Part shown: piece after piece, positions 56,962 through 64,000 of the stretch | Layout of the letters: each line of letters opens with the position of its first letter | Numbering within the stretch: the first letter of the stretch is position 1 | Assembly (NCBI RefSeq): GCF_021028975.2 | Contig: NC_059438.1 | Span: 21,266,001-21,330,000, forward strand | Length of the DNA stretch: 64,000 bases | Direction of reading: 5' to 3' | Source of the DNA: Sphaerodactylus townsendi | Taxonomy: Eukaryota | The notes under the pieces: model-generated | Told to the model about the DNA's origin: nothing | What the model saw: the letters and a program-made list of their open reading frames with translations, nothing else | Databases searched by the model: none | Made by a program: the position numbers and the translations under genes

Positions 56962-57297
56962 CAGTGTTTGTGCGAGTGGATAGGATGCCACCCGTTGTCT
57001 CTGAGTGGCTGCTCATCAGGGATGCAATTTTTTTAAAACCAATCAGAAAACATCAGGGGCTGCTTCTCTCTCATATCCCCCCACCCCTTTTGGCAATGGC
57101 ACTTCACTTTAAAGCTACAGCGACGGTTCTGGATGCTTTCAGGAGTGTCACTTAGCAGATACTTTGGCCTTCTATCTGCTTTACGGCACAGGGTGGGAAT
57201 CTTTTGTGGGAGTGGCAGTGTGTAAATAATCTTATAAAAGTGATGTTGAAATATGAATTGAAAGCTGGAAGCATTGCAAGGTTTGTAGAAATGGTAT

Positions 57298-57303
57298 ATT
57301 AAA
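57298..57303 (+). terminator. Candidate TMEM208 poly(A) signal
   Basis: ATTAAA ~340 nt after the stop codon, followed by T/GT-rich sequence. Confidence 0.45.
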
Positions 57304-57828
57304 AAAAAAGAAAAGCTTTTAGTCTATATGATAATTCTTGTGGCTGGTGTTGATGTCATTCTATCCCGATAGGTAATCTATCTATTGGCTATCTCACTCT
57401 GGGCAGGGTCCATTAAGCCAAAACTCAAAACAATCAATAAGCTTAAATAGTGAAAACAATAATTAAAAGTGAGATCCTTGAAGGGCAAAAACATTTGAGT
57501 GAAAAGAAGAAGGTTGTCTGCAGAGATTGCGAGAGGTTTTTCATGAAAGGTCCTAGTCATAAAATAAAAATAGAATGAGTTGGATCCTATCATCTTTTGT
57601 GCTGGCAAAGATGAGAAGAGAAAGTCCTCTGTGCTAGAGATCGTGGGACATAGGGATGTGGGCACAGGCCGCTTGAGATGTGGGCTACAATATAGAGAGG
57701 AATGGGAAAGCTGATTGCATGATGCGACCCAATCAAATGTTCTCAGTATCTAAAATCCCATTGGGTGGAAATTAATCCATACTAAAAGCAGCAACCAAGA
57801 ATTAAAAAAGCAATGCAACAGTAAACAC

Positions 57829-57860
<32 letters not shown>

Positions 57861-57904
57861 TTATTTATTATTTGATTTGATTTGATTTGATTTGATTTGA
57901 TTTG
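57829..57904. repeat. Compound microsatellite (CTGT)n-(TATT)n-(TTTGA)n, tail of a reverse L2-type element
   Basis: Read directly; followed by CCGCCCTACCCCCGAAGGGCTCAGGGCGG, the reverse of the L2 3' end seen at ~18490-18520. Confidence 0.85.
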
Positions 57905-58641
57905 GTAAACCGCCCTACCCCCGAAGGGCTCAGGGCGGCGCACAACAAACAACAACAAACATAATAAAACAAATCGAATAACCCCAATTTAAAATACAGA
58001 ACTTTAAAACTATAGCAGCAGCATCTATCACTAAATAATTAATGTTAATGTTAATGAAGGCATGTAATTGGCATGTAATTGGCATGTCAATGCTAATTAG
58101 CATGTATTGGCATCATTGCCCTAACTAGGTGCACCACATCTTTACAGGGCAAAGGATTGAGATGCTGGTCTAAAGAGAGCCAGTATGATTAGTTAGTGTT
58201 GGACCAGCATCTGGGAGAACCAGGTTTGAATCCCCACCTTGCCATGAAAGCTTGCTGGGTGACTTTGGGCCAGTCACACACTCTCGGCCTAACCTACCTC
58301 ACAGGGTTGTTGTGAGGATAAAATAGGAGACACGGGAACTATGTTAGCTGCTTTGGATTCTCTCTGGGATGAAAGAGAGGGTACCAGTGTGGCCTTAAGT
58401 GCTCTTCTTCACAGCATGGTGCAAGATGAAAGAAAAGGCAGATGAATGAAAGAGGAGGTTTTTTTGCAAGGGGGTAGCTGTGCAGATTTGGTTTGATGCT
58501 TAAGTAAAACCAAACGCTGTAGTCAAAATAAAAAATTAAAAGATGGGTGCAGGATTTCCCATTGCACATCTCAAAAACCTACCAGCATTGTTGATTAACT
58601 ACCACAGCACTGACTTTCACTCTTGAAACAAGCAGGTGAGA

Positions 58642-59045
58642 ATATATTGTCGAAGGCTTTCATGGCTGGATTAAACTGGTTCTGGTGGGTTTTCCGAGCT
58701 GTGAGGTCGTGGTCTGGTGGATCTTGTTCCTAATGTTTCACCTGCATCTGTGGCTGGCATCTTCAGAGGTGTATCACAGAGGGAAGTCTGATACACACTT
58801 TGTCCCTGCAATGCAGAAGAAAGGATAAAGAGCATAGCAGGTGTGCTTCTTGATCCTCTCCATTTTCTGGGTCTGTTGGAAGGTTTCCTCCCCGCAGAGG
58901 TGTTCAATGTATTGTCGGAGACACAGTGTGTAACAGACTTCCCTCTGTGATGCACCTCTGAAGATGCCAGCTACAGATGCAGGCGAAACGTTAGGAACAA
59001 GATCCACCAGACCACGGCCACACAGCCTGGAAAACCCACCAGAAC
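58642..59045. mobile_element. Penelope-like element relic with inverted pLTR arms and 15-bp TSD
   Basis: Arms ~58679-58797 and ~58926-59045 are reverse complements; AACAAGCAGGTGAGA is duplicated at 58627-58641 and 59043-59057. Confidence 0.85.
58955..58995 (+). ncRNA. Minimal hammerhead ribozyme motif (GUU triplet); a decayed twin lies on the - strand at 58729-58769
   Basis: CCT-CTGAAGA-T-GCC...GGC-GAAA-CG-TT/AGG. The minus-strand copy reads GGTGAAACATT, consistent with CpG decay. Confidence 0.68.
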
Positions 59046-60663
59046 AAGCAGGTGAGAGTTATCAGAAGGCCTGCTTGCAGCAAAGTCACGCCAAAGTTGC
59101 ATCTATTGAATACCATTTTGGGAGTGAAGCTGCAAAAACGCAAATGCTTTGCCAGCTACGATGCAGTGGTAAGAGAAGGCTCAAAAAGAATTCCCACTGT
59201 ATGGGGAGAAAAGAAATTGAGATCTGCTCTTTCCAGTTAGGTTTAGCTGCAGACCCAGCAGTGGCTGAAGCAGTGGATGACAGAATAGAAGAAAAATGTT
59301 CCAAGCATCTGTTTCCTTAAAGTGTTTCTTGTCCGTCCCACTCTCAAGATCTGCCAGTGTCTAAATTCATTTTCTCTGATAACTTTCTCCTTTCCCCCAA
59401 AAAACAATCAATTTTTCTTAGTATAAACTGGAATGTGTGTGTGTGTTGTGATGGCTTGCTAGGGTGTGGTCTTGCACAAATTTCCTGCAGTGAAAAGCCA
59501 GAAAGGGAGGAGGTATCCCAGTTGTTTTTAAATATTTTGTACATTAGCATTCTTAAGAGTCTCTTGGATTTCCTCCAACAGTCCTGTTTAGAGATTTGTT
59601 AATGTTTGCCAGGCCACTAGTTTCCATCAGTGCCTCACATGTTCTGGGTGGTACGTAACCACAGCCGGTTTGTTTCTTAAGAAGTTGGAATAAAACAGTA
59701 AGACGAAAGCAAGAACGCGTTCCTCATTGGCACCTTTTGCTGACAACAGGATGCGGACTTCCAGGTTTTGCAGAGTTGATCTGCAGGCTGAAATAGCAAG
59801 GCTGCGTACGTTCCTATTCCCCAAAACTAGACCCAGGCATGGAAGCTTCTGAGTACATGTAAGTACAACAGTAATAACAATACTGATAAAACAGTAGGAT
59901 TTAAAGAGCCTGAGAAAATAGATCTCTATAATCAAGGTTTTAATGATGAATTTTTAAAAATGCGGTCAAGTCACAGCTGAATTATGGCGATCCTGTAGCT
60001 CTGAAGGCAAGAGGTATTCAAAATTGGTTTTACCATGCATAGTAGGCCTGTTATGGGTGGTTTCCCATTAAATTACTGACCAGAGCCAATCCTACTTAGC
60101 TGCTGAGAACTGATGAGACTAGACTAGCCAGGGCTATCAAGGTCAGGACAAAGAAATATATTCTTGAGCATTTTTGTTTATGTATTCGATTCACGTCCTG
60201 TATCTTCCCCTTTTGTGTTCTGTATCTTCCCCTTTTACAGTGACCGTGTTGCTGGACGGATTCCTCTGTTATACGGTGGTGTGTGGATGTAGCTTCTATT
60301 TCTACATCATTAAATACACTATTAGTGAATCAGGAATTGGTTTCTAGGGTTGGTGGAGCTTTCTGTCTGGCCCTGCTCTTTTAATTTAAATTTAATCTGT
60401 CTGGCTCTAATAACAGGGAACAGACTCCACACACATTCTCAGTGCCTGTATCTCCACATGGTTGAGTGAGTGTTGTTTTATTCTTGTGCTATGGCTATAA
60501 TTCAGAACTGGATTTGCCCACTGTGGACAAACCAAGCCAGTGTTTTTGGTTGCCAATTCCAGTTTGGGAACTTCCTCGAAATGTAGGAGCTATGCAGAGG
60601 GGATATGCCACAAAGCCCACCTTCTGTACTGCCATTTTCTGATGCTTTTGGATTGTCCTAAGG

Positions 60664-60731
60664 CAGGGGTCTGCAACCTGCGGCTCTCCAGATGTTCATG
60701 GATTACAATTCCCATCAGCCCCTGCCAGCAT
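60664..60731. mobile_element. Half copy of the palindromic hAT MITE
   Basis: Left arm only, matching the 15831 family; CCTAAGG on both flanks. Confidence 0.8.
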
Positions 60732-60969
60732 AGGACCTAAGGAAAAGTAGGTTGTGGCTTTTTATTGGGGGCTTTGCTTTGGACCCATGCTGGTTTCTGC
60801 ACTTGCATCTCTACATATCTGTGTTCTCCAAAAGCACTTGGGCATAACCCCGCCCTCTCTTCAAAAGGCAGGTTGTATGTGTGGGGAAATAAATTTATTT
60901 GCAACATAAAAGCACTTGGGCTTTTCAAAAGTGGGATGGGGGAAATAAATTTATTTGGCACATTGCAAC

Positions 60970-61330
60970 GCGGTGAGAGGAACTAAGAGATCAACGACCC
61001 CCTCCCTTGTGGCGCCCAGCGCTGTAGTACTGCCTCCTGCCATCAGGGGGCGGGCCAGCGCGGGTATCGCTGAGCCGAACGAGCAAGGAGACAGGCGGGG
61101 CTTAATGGATTGTGGGTGGCGACAGCCGGGCCGCTCGGAGCGTCGCCATGGAGACGGGCCCCGCGGCCTGAGGTCCTCGGAGCCTTTGGTCCCTTCGGGC
61201 CCATCGTGAAGTGGGCGCCCTCCGGTGCCCTCCCGTTCCCGGGCATGAGGCGGGTGCGTGGCCGCTCGGAACTGCCGCTGAGCTGGGGGGATGGTGAGGA
61301 GAAGGCCTGGGGCAGCGCGCGGGGAACTAT
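60970..61330 (+). promoter_or_regulatory. CpG island; probable promoter and first exon of an unidentified downstream gene
   Basis: CpG-rich, with GC boxes (GGGGGCGGG). Strong-Kozak ATG at 61148 opens a 7-codon ORF (METGPAA*). Candidate donor CGG|GTGCGT at 61253/61254. Confidence 0.7.
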
Positions 61331-64000
61331 ATGCAGTTGTTTGTGGGAAAGGGGGCTTTGCATAATCAGCCAAAGGGAGGCCCCCCTCCCCATAAACACG
61401 AGCGCCCTGGATCTCTATGGGGATGCATATGATGTTGGGCTGGGTGGGTGCCTGTGGAACTGTGCCTTACCAGGCTTTCTGAGTAACCGTGTGTGTGTGG
61501 GTGGGTGGGGGGGGGGCAGTTTAAGTCAAACACAAATATGGGGGGAAGGGTTTGTCTGCTTATACTTTTTAGAATTCCAGCTTATACTTTTTAGAATTCC
61601 AGCAGTTTAAAATATGCATATCACTGTTTCTCTCGACCCAAGGAAAAGTAACTGCACAGATGTAACTTGCAAGGGTGTTTTTTTCTTGTAAGCTTCTTTG
61701 TTTGTTTCCCCACTAGAGAAAAAAAGCACAGGAAAAAACTCTATTTATTTACTTTATAGTCCATTCTTTTTTTGCCTAGGCTCAAGGTGGATTGCAAAAT
61801 TGCAAAACAGTGCAATTGAGGCAGTTTAAGAGAGGCAAGTGGTGTCATAATATTGAATCCCAAAGGTAAAAATTCAGAGCATTAAAATGCTGTAAGATGT
61901 GGTGTATAAAAACTGGATTACAGGATTTAGAAAGCAGTATCGTAAATGATAAATAAAGCAATGTAACAGTGAGCAGTCATCTTTACAATCAATAAAAACA
62001 ATACCGAAAATAATAGAAACAAGCCAGCGCCCGAAGTTAGAGAGATGAGAACACTTTTTCATTGTACCCATGCAGTTCTTTTTCTGCCTCTGAACTGCCT
62101 CTAGTGTAAGCTTTATATTTAAATAAATGATTGTTTATAATTGATGTCTGATTAGCAACAGAATTATGCTAGATGTTCTGTTGATCCTTAACGTGACTTC
62201 ATCTCTGCACTGGGCAGTTTGCAGTCTGCTTTATGCAAGGGAGCAAATTATCCTGAAATTGACAAGCTAGAAAACGGCAGAGACTGGGCATAAATTTTCC
62301 TTGCGCTTATTAGTGCCAGAATTGCATTAGGTGCTCTACAGCTGTTGGCTCCTGAACCACAACTAACTTACACCAACATTACCACCATTATTTTTTCTTT
62401 TCAAAAGTGATGCTGGAAATATCACATAAAGATGGGGAATAGACAAATGAGTCTGATAAAAGAAGACAATTTGCAACTAGAGAAAAGGAGAGGTCCTGGC
62501 CCATGGTTAAACAAACTAACAACAACAACAACCCTTATTAGGCATATAAAATAAAGTCTGATACATTATCAAAAAAATTGTAATGTACAGAGCGAGAATA
62601 TAATCGAGACAAAAACAGAAGAACTGTATCTAACATTAGATGTTATTTACAGAGTTCCATCACTTGTAAGAGAAAATTGGCTGTTTTTTCCAAGAGTACA
62701 ACATCTGAGTTATTTAACAGGAGCCTCCTGTGGGTGGAACCAAGGTTCGGGAGTCACTTGCTAGGATTTCCATCTCAAGACTAGAGCTGTAAGGAGAGAA
62801 ATTTCTGATACCCACATATCTCGGGGAATCAAGTATAATATGGGCAAGAGTCTCCACTTGATTCTTAAATCCGATCCTGGAGAAGAATAGAGAAATAGCG
62901 ACCCCTTGAAATGGCAGATGGTAAAGTATTACATCTGGCCCTTGTAATCCATCTCTGTTGGGGTTCAGTTGTTAAAAAAATTAAAAGTGGATCTCATGTT
63001 AAGTGAAGGTCCTAGGACTGAAAGAAGTAAAAACAACAGTCCATGACAGTACGTAGAAGGGATTCTGTCTGTGTCCTGATAGCTTACAATTGGCTATCCA
63101 GACAGGGCTTGGCCCAGCAACTGACAGATTAAGAATGGGGCTGGAAAAGGGGAGAGAGGAAATAGCTCATGTTTCTAATTAGTTCCAGAATTGTGTTAGG
63201 TGCTCATCAGAACATATGAACGGCTCCACCCTTGTCCAGACAGCTTTAGATCTATGTTACATGGACCAGGGAATGACAAGTGAATCGTAAGTCTGGGGAA
63301 ACAGAGGGTACAAGGAATCGCTTGCTTGGTTGGGGACAGTCCTTGTTCATTCTCAGTTCAGAGTGGGATGTGTCCCTTTTGAGGTTCTTTTTCTGAGAGA
63401 AGGCAAAAGCCCTCTTTAAAAAGTTGGTTAAGACTGCGTTCCTGTGAACGTTCAGTGAGGAGTAATCTCAACAGGAATGATAATAAAACATGCTAATGTG
63501 GAAGCAACCTACCCCTAAGGGCTGTTGTTAGCAGCTGTACTACAAGATTGATTATGTTTCATGGGCTATAGTTATGGTGTTCTAGGAAACACATATTTGT
63601 GCTTTCCTTCTGGCACTTAGACAGGAGTAGATTCATCCAAAAATCCTCAAGGTTGCATAAATCAGAGCAAACAGCACTTGTAGAAAAGTCCCGACTTTGC
63701 CAACTTCTGTATGTTTATTATCATATAGATTTATGTCCTTTGGGTTAATGCCAGTTAGGGAAAGATGGCAGTTCAGCTTGACAGGACTGCAGAGCGTGGT
63801 GAAATCTGGAAATGTAACATCTCCATGACTTATGCTTTCTTTCTACTTGATTAGCTTTTTCCAAAATCCTTTTGTGAAGCATTTTGACAGTTGAGATTTA
63901 GGAACTGATGCTATTTTCCTTTTTTTAGTAGCTTTGTGAATAACTGTAGATGTCTCACACCTTTGTATGATGCAGAGGCAGCTTCTTCTCTGGAAGGTTT

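Noticed and set aside
61557-61603. 22-bp tandem duplication (GCTTATACTTTTTAGAATTCCA x2); other short duplications at ~6660-6750, ~11905-11968 and ~12003-12036
   Set aside because: Ordinary slippage duplications with no sign of function.

Overview
Vertebrate genomic DNA, almost certainly a squamate and probably a gecko (Squam3-type CORE-SINEs with (CTT)n tails, Sauria/5S-Sauria-like SINEs, Penelope relics, SPIN-type hAT MITEs). Gene order matches the human 16q22.1 block: the 3' part of E2F4 (+, last 7 coding exons, the first preceded by a U12-type AT-AC acceptor), complete ELMO3 (+, 20 coding exons, 718 aa), an intact full-length F-box/LRR gene LRRC29/FBXL9 (-, 7 coding exons, 643 aa) and TMEM208 (+, 6 exons, 173 aa). 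LRRC29 and TMEM208 share a bidirectional CpG promoter with about 250 bp between their ATGs. A further CpG island at ~61 kb looks like the 5' end of an unidentified + strand gene; FHOD1 is not seen. All exon boundaries were read by hand and give frame-consistent CDSs. The most interesting non-genic signals are: minimal hammerhead-ribozyme motifs in Penelope-derived fold-back insertions; a SINE tail that supplies most of the pyrimidine tract of ELMO3's last exon; an ERV 3' LTR with its PPT inside LRRC29; a Penelope-derived candidate poly(A) signal for LRRC29; palindromic hAT MITEs carrying ZNF143 motifs; and SPIN-type MITEs. I see no wholly new multi-gene system. Family assignments are from memory of consensus sequences, not from database searches.
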